In this document: piece after piece, positions 45,458-55,100 of the stretch
Numbering within the stretch: the first letter of the stretch is position 1
Layout of the letters: every line of letters starts with the position of its first letter
Virus record (IMG/VR): IMGVR_UViG_2784132095_000001
From: a virus
DNA length: 64,000 nucleotides
Strand: one strand, 5' to 3'
The notes under the pieces: model-generated
The model's input: only the letters and a program-made list of their open reading frames with translations
What the model was told of the DNA's origin: nothing
Database searches by the model: none
Program-made: the position numbers and the translations under genes

Positions 45458-46980
45458 AGAGAATCGCCGTCAAAAGGGTCGATACAGGCATTGTCTCGAA
45501 CAGTTCGGCGAGCAAGGTGGTCTGGTCGCGCGGGCGGAATGTGCGTTTCCGGCCTGGAAGCGTTTACAAAACACCTGGAAAAACCCTCCTTACGACCGTT
45601 CCTGCGGCCTTGTCGATCCGGGCGATGAAAACCTTCAAGGGCCATGACGGCGTGGTCAGAACGGTTGTAGCATGCGACAACAAGATATTTTCTTACACAG
45701 GCGGGTTCACAGAGCATGTAGAGATCACGCCGACGCCGGCGCCGACCGGAACGTCCTACGTGTGGCATTTCGAATTGATCGGGGGGATGTTGATCGTCTC
45801 GAACGGGTTTTCTCGCTGGAAGTGGCCGAATTATGCGGCGCCGTTGCAGGCTATGACCGGCGCGCCTGAGAAATTCGGAATGATGACCGTTTCGAACAAC
45901 CGGTTGATCGTCGGAAATATCACCGATGGGGGGAACGCTTATCCGGCTCGGGTGAAGTGGTCTCAGATCGGAAAGCCGGAAATCTTCACGATCGACAAAA
46001 CCGGGAAGGGAGGCCGTCATGACCTGCTCGATCCCAACGGGAAGTCGGACGCGATCGAGATCCCGAAGGCGGCGACCCATCGCGGAAAGCGGACCATCAT
46101 TTACACCGAGAGAAACATTTGGGCGCTGGATCCGGTTGAGTTCCCCCTGGACTACCGGCCTGAAATCATTGTTCCCGGCCTGGGGCTGCTGGCGCCGAAA
46201 GCGCTCGTATCCTGGAAGGGGATCGATTACATCATGGGCCCGGACGATTTTTACATGATGGGATCGGGTGCGCCGGTTCCGTTCGGCTTCGATATTCGGC
46301 CGCTTTGCTTTAACAACTTGAACAAAGAAGTTGGTGTGATCAATACGGCGTTCGGGTTCGTGCTTCCTGAAACCCAGGAGATCGGCTTTGCCGTGCCGTC
46401 GAAGAATGCCACTGAGCCGGATACGATTTATCTCTACCACCTCGAATTGAAAAAATGGACACCGTTGAGCTGCAACTTTCTCTGCGTGAATGACTCCCGG
46501 CAAGATCCGAATTACGGTGGCGCGTTCGGCGGCGGCGGATTTGGAGAGGGGGCGTTTGGTGGGGCCAATGACGTCAATCTTCTTCCCTACACCGTGGTCG
46601 GGAATATCCACGGCCAGATCCTCAAATTCGATGAGGGTTTCAACGACAACGGGGAGCCGATTACCGGCTATATCGAGTCGGGCGACATGGAAGGGGATTC
46701 CGCGTTTGTCTCAAAGGTCACTCATTCCGTAGCCGTTTATTTGAAAGAGCAAAGCGGAACGACTGAGCCGTTGATGATTCAGATCGGGGTAAGGGATTCG
46801 CTTTCGAAGCCTCTGAAATGGTCGATTCCGAAACCGTTTGCGGCCGGCATCGATGAACAGGCGGATATCACCGCGCGCGGAAAGTGGATGCGGATTCGGT
46901 TTTACAGTGATCAAATGGATAGTCCATGGGAGCTTGAAGGGTACGAGCTTTTATATTCAAATGAGGAGGAGATCCGATGA
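45454..46980 (+). CDS. Tail nozzle/tube protein (podovirus, beta-propeller-like)
   Basis: 508 aa; RNVRF...RVKWSQIG...ITARGKWMRIRF; typical position. Confidence 0.7.
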   Translation: MKRIAVKRVDTGIVSNSSASKVVWSRGRNVRFRPGSVYKTPGKTLLTTVPAALSIRAMKTFKGHDGVVRTVVACDNKIFSYTGGFTEHVEITPTPAPTGTSYVWHFELIGGMLIVSNGFSRWKWPNYAAPLQAMTGAPEKFGMMTVSNNRLIVGNITDGGNAYPARVKWSQIGKPEIFTIDKTGKGGRHDLLDPNGKSDAIEIPKAATHRGKRTIIYTERNIWALDPVEFPLDYRPEIIVPGLGLLAPKALVSWKGIDYIMGPDDFYMMGSGAPVPFGFDIRPLCFNNLNKEVGVINTAFGFVLPETQEIGFAVPSKNATEPDTIYLYHLELKKWTPLSCNFLCVNDSRQDPNYGGAFGGGGFGEGAFGGANDVNLLPYTVVGNIHGQILKFDEGFNDNGEPITGYIESGDMEGDSAFVSKVTHSVAVYLKEQSGTTEPLMIQIGVRDSLSKPLKWSIPKPFAAGIDEQADITARGKWMRIRFYSDQMDSPWELEGYELLYSNEEEIR

Positions 46981-48305
46981 GACGATTAAAAACTTTAACT
47001 CTGATTGGTCTTCTGCTGGTTGCCTCCACGGTGGGCGCGGCGGTCTTTCCGACCCCCTGCAGTGCGACGAATCCGACGAACTGTAGCCGGGGAACGTGGG
47101 GGCAGGAGCTTCGGGATTTCTTCGATGACACGTTTGATCTTCTGACTGGAAAGCTGGTCACCCCTTATACCGACACGGTGAACGTGGAGAAGTATGCTTC
47201 GCTTGCGGCGGCGGTGACCGACATTGGATCGGCGACAAAGACATTGCTTATTCCGTCGAATCAGGCTTGTTCGACGGCGATTACCTTTCCATCTACGTTG
47301 ACAGTGGAGGTTACTGGGTCCGGCAAGATCACGAAATCTACCGGTTGTACGCTCACCTTCAACGCCCCGTTCGAGGCCCCGCTTAAGCAGGTGTTTTCCG
47401 GGTTTTCGGCTGGAGATGTGACGTTTGGAAGCGGGAGACAAGAACTTGTTTTTGCAAACTGGTTCGGGGCTTCATCGGCAGAGACAGCAGGAAACAATGC
47501 GACTTACGTTAATACGGCGGTTTCAGCCGCAGGCGCAAATGCGCTTGTCGTCGTTCCGAGAGGAGTGAATTATACGACGACAGATGTTACGGCGACCGGA
47601 AAAATCTTAGACCTTCATAACTCGCCCTATGGGTTCTATGTCATCGGTACGCAATCACGGTACTTCAATATCGATTTTAAGAGTTCGGGCGCGACCCGTC
47701 CAGGCGTACTGAGGTTTGAGAACATAGACGCCGCGGCGCTGGATGTTGGGAGCGTGGTGACTCACTATGCTTCTGGCGCGCAGCAGGGATATTACGGATT
47801 TGCCTGGCAGGGCGCTGCAACGACAGACGCCCGGTTTGAAATGGCATTGGCCGGGTCTGGAGATTCCGTCGAAGTGCTTAGGATCGTTCCGAACCCGTTA
47901 GGGGTCGGTCATGCCTTTTTTCGCCTCGGTCCGGATTCCGCTCCGGCTCCTGGCGCAACGATGCACCTCATTGCCAATGGCGGTGATGAGGCGTCCGGCC
48001 TTCGCATTGAAAGGTCAAGCGCAGTTTCTAACCCGGCAAGGTATGGATGGACAATTGATTCTGACGGAAACCTTGAGCTTAACGAGACGGCTATCGGTCT
48101 CCGGTTAGAAATCGAGAAAACTACCGGGCGAGTAAAAATACAGAATAAGTTACACATTCCTGTGGTAGCAACCGGAAGCCTTCCGGCAGCCGGAGCGGCT
48201 GAGGATGGGTCTGTTTTGATTGAAGATGCCGGAGCGGGGGATCGAAACATAATCTTTTATGCGGGCGGCCAAAGGTTCAGGATTGATGGTGGATCACCCT
48301 TTTAA
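46977..48305 (+). CDS. Tailspike/fibre-like protein with N-terminal signal-like peptide
   Basis: MRRLKTLTLIGLLLVASTVGA; SLAAAVTDIGSATKTLLIP...APLKQVFSG...WFGA. Confidence 0.6.
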   Translation: MRRLKTLTLIGLLLVASTVGAAVFPTPCSATNPTNCSRGTWGQELRDFFDDTFDLLTGKLVTPYTDTVNVEKYASLAAAVTDIGSATKTLLIPSNQACSTAITFPSTLTVEVTGSGKITKSTGCTLTFNAPFEAPLKQVFSGFSAGDVTFGSGRQELVFANWFGASSAETAGNNATYVNTAVSAAGANALVVVPRGVNYTTTDVTATGKILDLHNSPYGFYVIGTQSRYFNIDFKSSGATRPGVLRFENIDAAALDVGSVVTHYASGAQQGYYGFAWQGAATTDARFEMALAGSGDSVEVLRIVPNPLGVGHAFFRLGPDSAPAPGATMHLIANGGDEASGLRIERSSAVSNPARYGWTIDSDGNLELNETAIGLRLEIEKTTGRVKIQNKLHIPVVATGSLPAAGAAEDGSVLIEDAGAGDRNIIFYAGGQRFRIDGGSPF

Positions 48306-48308
48306 ATG

Positions 48309-48337
48309 TTGTCCATCGCCTTGCGTCCTGCCATAAT
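48309..48337 (+). promoter_or_regulatory. sigma70-like promoter
   Basis: TTGTCC-N17-CATAAT directly upstream of leader copy 5. Confidence 0.6.
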
Positions 48338-48347
48338 CTAGAAAAAA

Positions 48348-48410
48348 GGGCACCCTCACAAAGGCCCCTTGGAAGCGGTTTATCTGCTTTCAGGGGGCCT
48401 TTTTTATTTT
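48348..48410 (+). promoter_or_regulatory. Conserved leader + terminator hairpin, copy 5
   Basis: GGGCACCCTCACAAA-GGCCCCTTGGAAGCGG...CTGCTTTCAGGGGGCC-TTTTTT. Confidence 0.8.
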
Positions 48411-48422
48411 GGAGAATGAGAA

Positions 48423-48908
48423 ATGGAAAACCAGGTCGGTATGATCAGAATGGCGGAAGTTGTTCCGCCTGAATCTCCCCAGCTTCACATCGAGCTCGCG
48501 GTGACGTTCCCGAAGGATAAATTCGATGCGATTTGGAGTGAGATCAAGCCATTTGTCGAAGAGCTGGCGGCGGCGTCCGCCGGCGAGTACGACGCCTATT
48601 CCGTCGCTCATGCGCTTCTTTTCGGCACTGCCCACCTCTACGTTGGCCGGTTGACGAATCCCGCGCGGACCTTCGTCGGTTATCTGCTGATCCGGTATGA
48701 ACCGCAATCTTGTCACATCTGGCAGGCGTACATCGCTCCCGAGTTTAGGAAGACGAACGTTTTCCAGATGGGGGCCGATTACATCGAGCGAGAGTTTAAA
48801 AAGATGGGCGCCAAGCAGATTACCTTTTCCGCCACGCGGGAGTGGGGCGAAGTCATCGAGAAAATGGGCTTCACCCGCACCTACACGATTTGGAGGAAGT
48901 CGCTTTAA
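48423..48908 (+). CDS. GNAT-like protein at the head of the ejection-protein module
   Basis: CHIWQAYIAPEFRK...FKKMGAKQITFSATREWGEVIEKMGF. Confidence 0.65.
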   Translation: MENQVGMIRMAEVVPPESPQLHIELAVTFPKDKFDAIWSEIKPFVEELAAASAGEYDAYSVAHALLFGTAHLYVGRLTNPARTFVGYLLIRYEPQSCHIWQAYIAPEFRKTNVFQMGADYIEREFKKMGAKQITFSATREWGEVIEKMGFTRTYTIWRKSL

Positions 48909-49843
48909 TGGGATCTTCCGGGTCCGGATCTTCACAGCAGGTGACGAATCTATTTGTTGGGTTTGAGCCGGAGGTTTCAGAATACCTCAAGGCCATGCGC
49001 GATTTGGTCAATTATTCGACAACGACGACAAAGCCGCAGTTTCGCCCTCCCCTGTTTACCATCCCGGCACAGACCTACGCGCTTCAAGACGCGAACGAGC
49101 TGGAAGGCATCTCCCGGCTGGCAACACGATCCAGAGATGGAAGCCCGATCATCTCTGCCGGCGAAACCGTGCTTCGAAACACATTCGACGGTCTGAACCT
49201 TACCAATAATCCGAAGCTGGATGCGCTTTGGACGCGGCGAAAAGAAGAAGTGATTCAGGAGTGGGAGGAAGAGATCCTTCCCAGGATTCATTCGATTGCC
49301 AATCTCAACGGCGGGTTCGGTTCTTCCGGTCATCATGTGATGCAGGCGAAAGAAGCCGAGAAGGTCATGAAGCGGCTGGTTCAAATCGCCTACGAGATTT
49401 ACGGTCAGAATTATTTCGCGGAGCGGGCGATTCAGCAGGCGGCGCTCGGGCTCGGAATCGAGTACGGCACCCAGGATATTAAAGACGCGGAGATGCTTCG
49501 TCAGGTGGGACTCTACAAGCGGGAGTATTCCCAGGGAGCGAGGGAGGACGCCTACAAGCGATCGATGGCCGAAATTGACATGGAGATCACCCGGCTGGAA
49601 GTGCTGGGTAACGCTATTCGGACCGTGATGGGGTCATACGTCACCCGGACGGAGCAACTTTTCTATCCGAGTAAGTTTGGGGAGATTGCCGGAATCGCTC
49701 TGGCCGGAATGAGCTTGGCTGGATCGATCTACGGAAACGGCGGGTTCGGAAGTCCTTCGACGGGTCAAGCCGGAAGCCCGTCAAGTGGGCCGACGCCCTC
49801 TTATTCTCCCGGGTCGGCCGTTCCAAGCTACCAGGTGGGGTAA
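48908..49843 (+). CDS. Putative ejection (internal virion) protein, paralog A
   Basis: MGSSGSGSS N-terminus; helical; Gly-rich TM-like C-terminus. Confidence 0.7.
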   Translation: MGSSGSGSSQQVTNLFVGFEPEVSEYLKAMRDLVNYSTTTTKPQFRPPLFTIPAQTYALQDANELEGISRLATRSRDGSPIISAGETVLRNTFDGLNLTNNPKLDALWTRRKEEVIQEWEEEILPRIHSIANLNGGFGSSGHHVMQAKEAEKVMKRLVQIAYEIYGQNYFAERAIQQAALGLGIEYGTQDIKDAEMLRQVGLYKREYSQGAREDAYKRSMAEIDMEITRLEVLGNAIRTVMGSYVTRTEQLFYPSKFGEIAGIALAGMSLAGSIYGNGGFGSPSTGQAGSPSSGPTPSYSPGSAVPSYQVG

Positions 49844-49846
49844 ATC

Positions 49847-50752
49847 ATGGGTGGATCAAAGGGACAAAGCACGGTCACTGTCGAGAAATGGCCTGCATTT
49901 CTTGAAGATACGGCAAACCCTTATTCCGTTCCCGGAATTTTGAATTTATACCTCGATGCTTCAAGAGAGGTCAGCGATTACTATGAGAGCGTTTTTCTTG
50001 GCGGTGTTTCTGTCTTTACGAACTTCGCCAAGATCATCGTCGCTCAAGCGGTTGAAGAGGCCGAAGGGATTGCAAAGCTAAACACCCGCGGAAGAAACGG
50101 AAATACCACGGTCACAAAGGCAAAGGCGCTCGTCACCGATGTGATCGGTGGGGATTACCTGGATGGATCCAGATCCGAGTTTCAGGAAGTCCTTACCGAT
50201 ATCAATCAGAAGTCGGACGATGCCTTTGAAGACGATATTCGCTCGAAAGTGGGAGGCTCCCTTTATTTGATGGGAGATCCGGCGCCGGACAACCTGGCGG
50301 AAGAATTAACCTCCGGAACTTCTCAGAAATATCGGGACCGGCTGGTCGACCGCGCCTATGCCGACAATTATGGGGTTGAACGAAGGCATCAGCATGACAC
50401 GCTTTATCCTGGAAAGGATTACGCGATTCAAGACGTTTACGATGCGGAAGCCGTTCGCCGGGCCGGAATCTATCAGCGTGAATACGAGCAAACAAAGCTC
50501 GATGATGCTTACCGGGCGCAAATGGAGTACACCGCGAACAGAATCCGGGCTGAGGAGGTTTTTGGGAACGCGCTTCGTTCGATGGTGGGGGCGCAGCAGG
50601 CACATACCACACCATATTACAAGCCGAATCCGGCGGGGTCGATCCTCGGTGGTGCGTTGGTGGGGGCACAGGCCGGGTCTGTGCTGGGTCCGTGGGGAGC
50701 GGCCGGCGGTGCCGTGATCGGTGGAATCTTGGGATATGCGGGATCACAATAG
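49847..50752 (+). CDS. Putative ejection (internal virion) protein, paralog B
   Basis: MGGSKG N-terminus; Gly-zipper C-terminus GAAGGAVIGGILG. Confidence 0.7.
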   Translation: MGGSKGQSTVTVEKWPAFLEDTANPYSVPGILNLYLDASREVSDYYESVFLGGVSVFTNFAKIIVAQAVEEAEGIAKLNTRGRNGNTTVTKAKALVTDVIGGDYLDGSRSEFQEVLTDINQKSDDAFEDDIRSKVGGSLYLMGDPAPDNLAEELTSGTSQKYRDRLVDRAYADNYGVERRHQHDTLYPGKDYAIQDVYDAEAVRRAGIYQREYEQTKLDDAYRAQMEYTANRIRAEEVFGNALRSMVGAQQAHTTPYYKPNPAGSILGGALVGAQAGSVLGPWGAAGGAVIGGILGYAGSQ

Positions 50753-50760
50753 GAGACGGC

Positions 50761-52191
50761 ATGGCACACGATGATATCCGGAAAGGGAACGGCTTGAGGA
50801 TCAATTTCGGGGATCGTGTTTTATTCGAAGATCCTCCGTCAAAGCCGAATATAGCAGAGAGTATCTATCGGGACGAAGGAAGCCGCATCGAACCCGGCAA
50901 TCCGAATCGAAGTGCCGTCACCCCTGTTTCGAATGCGATTACTGGACCGATTTACGGTCCGAAGAACATCGCCGAGGAGCGGGTTTCCCCGCGTCCCGGA
51001 ATGACCTCGCCGCCACTTCCCGAGTGGCCAAATACCGCGGCGTCTGCCGTGTCTCCCCCCACATGGGAGCGCCGCGGTATTCCTACCATCCCTGCCGTTG
51101 ATTCGGATGTGTCGACGCCTGATGTGGTCGCTTCTCCCGGACAGCCGCAAGGGCTCAAGACGCCTGAAGGAATGGGCCCCCCTGCGCCGGAAAGCGCAAC
51201 CGCCAAATGGTTTAAGAACATGACGCCGGATCAGCGGACGGCGCTTCAACGGTCTCTTCTGGCGACCGGGCTTTCTTTGATGGCGTCTCAGCGACCCTCC
51301 CGGTATCCGGTTTCGACTGTCTCTCAGGTCGGAGAGGCGGGGCTGACGGGGCTTGCCGTTTACGATCGAACCATGGCGCAAGCTGGCGAAGCAGCGGATC
51401 GCCGGACGCAACTTGGATTGCGGGAGCGTCAGGTCGCTACAGAAGAAGCGCGGCTTCGCCTGGCGGTTGATGAGGCGATGAGGAAGGCCGAATTCGAAAG
51501 CCCTGGAACGCCTGGGACGGTCGGATACTCGGAGCGGCCGACGTCGCTTCAACTCAATACCGGAGGGGTTCAGGAGCGGCCGGTAGCGACCCGCGGCGAG
51601 GGGGCTGGACCTCGAGCGCTTGGGTTGAATCTCGGAGCGCCGGAGGCGTCTTCCGGGGCGACCCGGCCGGAGAGAGGGTTGGTGGTCACCCCGGGAAAAG
51701 AGCCCGGTCAGGGGTATCGTGCGCGGGAGGCCGATATCCGGTATCGAAACGCGGTGACCGACAAGCTGCTTTCCGAAACAGGCGGAGAGATCTTCAAGTT
51801 GACACTGGAAGAGAAGCGCCTTGGGATCGAGAAGGCGAAAGCAGAGATCGGTAAGCTTCGCGCGGAAGCGGCCAAAATGCCGAAGTCTCAACGCGATTAC
51901 CTCGAAGAGAAGGCGCAAGACGGATTTACGAAAGCCTATCTTGCGTACAAAAAGGAACATCCTGAGGACGAGGACGGCGCGATCGCGGCCGGATTCAGCG
52001 TTTACAACTCCCTCTTTCGCATGGGGATGGGTGATCAGTTCATTCCGGGGGAGGAAACTGGATTCTGGCCCTTTAAAGGCCGGGAGCCTGGTCAGTGGGT
52101 ATCTCCCCCGGCCGGCGCGAAGGATACCGGCCGCACCTCTGGCGGAAAGAAGGTTTATCAACTTCCTGACGGAAACTACTGGGTGCCCTGA
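50761..52191 (+). CDS. Putative ejection protein (Pro-rich, coiled coil)
   Basis: Stop overlaps the start of the giant ORF (TGATG). Confidence 0.7.
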   Translation: MAHDDIRKGNGLRINFGDRVLFEDPPSKPNIAESIYRDEGSRIEPGNPNRSAVTPVSNAITGPIYGPKNIAEERVSPRPGMTSPPLPEWPNTAASAVSPPTWERRGIPTIPAVDSDVSTPDVVASPGQPQGLKTPEGMGPPAPESATAKWFKNMTPDQRTALQRSLLATGLSLMASQRPSRYPVSTVSQVGEAGLTGLAVYDRTMAQAGEAADRRTQLGLRERQVATEEARLRLAVDEAMRKAEFESPGTPGTVGYSERPTSLQLNTGGVQERPVATRGEGAGPRALGLNLGAPEASSGATRPERGLVVTPGKEPGQGYRAREADIRYRNAVTDKLLSETGGEIFKLTLEEKRLGIEKAKAEIGKLRAEAAKMPKSQRDYLEEKAQDGFTKAYLAYKKEHPEDEDGAIAAGFSVYNSLFRMGMGDQFIPGEETGFWPFKGREPGQWVSPPAGAKDTGRTSGGKKVYQLPDGNYWVP

Positions 52192-55100
52192 TGCCGATCA
52201 TCCCCAAGGATCAAATCCAATTTGACGAAACGGATGCCTCAGCGTCGCCTCCTGGCGGCCAAATCTACAAGCCTGACCAAATCCGTTTCGATGATGAACC
52301 GGCCCAGGGAAAGGGGCTTTCCGTCGCCGGAGCGGGGCGTCCCGGCATCGGCCTGAAACCGGCCCACGAAACGCTTCCAGGGGCCGACGCAGAGACAATG
52401 CGGGATCAGCCAGCGACTTGGGGCGAGACGTTAAAAGCGATTCCGGAATTGACCTACCAGGCTGGAAAAGAGGCGGTTGGCGGGATTGCCCAAATGGTCG
52501 GCGAGGGCCGATCGACTCCCGATCCAATGGGCGGGATTGTGCTAAAGATCGCCGAGGAGTTAATGCCGGGCCTTAAAACCCCTCCCCCTCCTCGGGATGA
52601 AGCGATTTCCCAGTTCGGCGAGCGCCTGGGTGCGGAAGCAAGGGCGCGATCGGAAGAAATCACGCCGAAGAATCAGACCTTCTGGCAGAAAGCAACCACA
52701 CAGGCCGGTATTTCGCTTGGGAGCATGATTCCTGGGACTATCGCGTCGATCATTGCCGGAAACCCTGCGCCATTGGTGGGCTCCTTCGCTGCACAAGAGG
52801 CAGGGCAGAGTTACAGTGAGGCACGGTCCAAGGGACTCCCGGAGGGTCAAGCGGCTCTGTACGCTCAATTAAATGGTGTGATCGAAGCGGGGACCGAGTA
52901 TCTTCCGGCGAAAGTGCTTTTTAAATCAGGTACAGGCCCTTTTAAAAGATTGCTGAATCTCTACGCCGCGGAACTCCCCGGTGAGAACATCGCCACCTTA
53001 AGTCAATCCCTCAATGCCTACGTCAACGGATTGGATCCGAATCTAACCGGCGGGGAATTGATCGAGCGGATGAAGCTGACAACCGGGTCGACAATGATTT
53101 CCGCCGGTGTTCAAGGTGGGATCTCCACGGTTGGAAATCGGATGGCTGGACGAAGGGGCCTTCCGGTTGAGGCACCCAAAGCGACCCCTCCCCCAACCGG
53201 AAAACCGCCCGCGTCTCCGACCGAACCTCCAACCTTCACCCCGACGCACATCCTTCCGGACGGCACGGTGACCCAAAAGGTTGAAGAGGGGGTGGTGGTC
53301 GACCGCCAAGGAAACCTTTATTCCGAAGAGGACGCCACCCCGACGCCGGGACAACGAAGACCGCCGGATACCAGCTTCCGCGCGCGCGACCTGTCAGAAA
53401 TACCAGGTGAGACGCCGATCGGAAGGGGTTTGCCGGTTGAACCGGTTGCAGCTGCAAGCCCGGTTGAAGCGCCGACAGACGTCGACCTTCTGGTGCCGAC
53501 CGATCAGCCGATACCGCCTCCTGGGCGGGGCCTTTCCCTGGAGACGCCTGAGGCGCTGGCTCCCAGGGTCGAAGCCGATTTGACGACCGGGCAGGTGATC
53601 GAGCAGCCCGAAGCCGTCCGACCGACACCGGTTGAGACGCCGCAGGTTGTTCCGGACGCTCCGACCGGTCCTATCTCCCCTGAAATCGAGCGCCCCAGGC
53701 CACAGCAAACCATTCCCTCGATTCGTCAGGAGGTCGAAGTTCTTGATGAGGAAGCGGAGGACATTCCCCAGCCGAAGGAGATGGACGAAAAGAGCCCGCT
53801 CGGATTGAAGGGGACCGACAAGAATACCTCGCTCGCCGCCTTTGTTCGTGCTGCAGGTGGCATCAACGAAACGCAGATGGCGGGGGATGTGCGTCAACGC
53901 TTCTCGATCCGGGAAGGATTCAACCTGGTCAACCGAAAAACAGGCCTTCCCCTCGATCGGCTTCGGCAAATGGCGGCGCAACATGGGTTCGTTCCGGAAG
54001 ACTCCACCCCGGCCGACTTTCTTGAAGCGCTTCGTCGGGACGCCGACTCCCTTAAAGCGCTGGGGAAGGGATCCGTTTTCTCACGCTACTACTCGCCGGA
54101 CCTTCCTGGGTTTGACTCGCCGGAAGCCAAGGCGTTCGAGCGCCGGACCGATATCAAGAAAAGAAAGATTGTCAATCGAATGACGCCGGAGGAGATGAGA
54201 AAGGAACTCCTGACGAGCGCGAAGACTGGAATTCCGAATGATCGTGCCTACGAAGAGGCGATCGACAATACGACCGACAAGGGCCGTCCACATCGCCGCG
54301 ACGTTCAGGCTATGATCGACATGGACGGGCTGAAATGGGTCAACGATAATTTGGGCCATGAAGCCGGAGACGCTTTTCTTCGCGCGATCGGCGATGCGAT
54401 TAAAGAATCTGAAATCGAGGGATACCATTTAAGCGGGGATGAGTTTGCCGCGCAATTCGATCGGGAAGTGGACGCTTATGCGAAGATGGAAATATTGCGC
54501 GACGTTCTCAGAAATGGTATTGTAACCGTTGAGTATGCTGACGGGTCTTCTCGTCAGTTTAAAGGATTGGAGTTTTCCTATGGCGTCGGATCGGAAAGAA
54601 CCGCAGCAGACACCGCCCTCTACTCCGACAAAGCAAGGCGAAGGGAATCCGGGGAGCGGGCAAAAACGTCCACCGAACCGCCTCCTTCCCTGGTTGAAAT
54701 CACTCCCCCCGAATCCGGTGCGGATAACCGTGGAACTCCTGGGCCGCAAGACCGTGGTGGATCTGAAACCGAAACCGAAGACTTCCGATTAACTTCTCCC
54801 GAAGCACCCCCCGAAGAGCAACCTAAAGCGCCTACCGCCCAGCAGGGTGAAATGTTTCCTGGATCTGAGACGATGCAGACGGGCACCCGTCCGATCATCG
54901 CCGAAGAAACCGGGGAATTTTTCAAACCGCTTGAGCCGGAAATTGAACAGCCTTCCCTCCTCGATCAAAAACTCGAAGAAGCACGCGAACAGGTTGACAC
55001 CTCCCCCTCCGAAGCCCAAATTGAAGCCGGAAACTACCAAAAGGGACACCTCCGAATCAATGGTCTTGATATCTCAATAGAAAACCCGAAGGGTTCCACG

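Noticed and set aside
45412-46611. 399-aa minus-strand ORF
   Set aside because: Antisense shadow of the tail nozzle gene; no motifs.
26841-48410. CRISPR array or CRISPR-repeat mimic interpretation of the five repeats
   Set aside because: Copies are kilobases apart, have terminator T-tracts and lack typical repeat ends; no cas genes are present.
50839-52161. 440-aa minus-strand ORF
   Set aside because: Arg/Pro-rich antisense shadow of an ejection gene.
53281-53583. +1-frame ORF in the Pro-rich linker of the giant protein
   Set aside because: Arg-rich and unstructured with no convincing SD, unlike the 55630 ORF.
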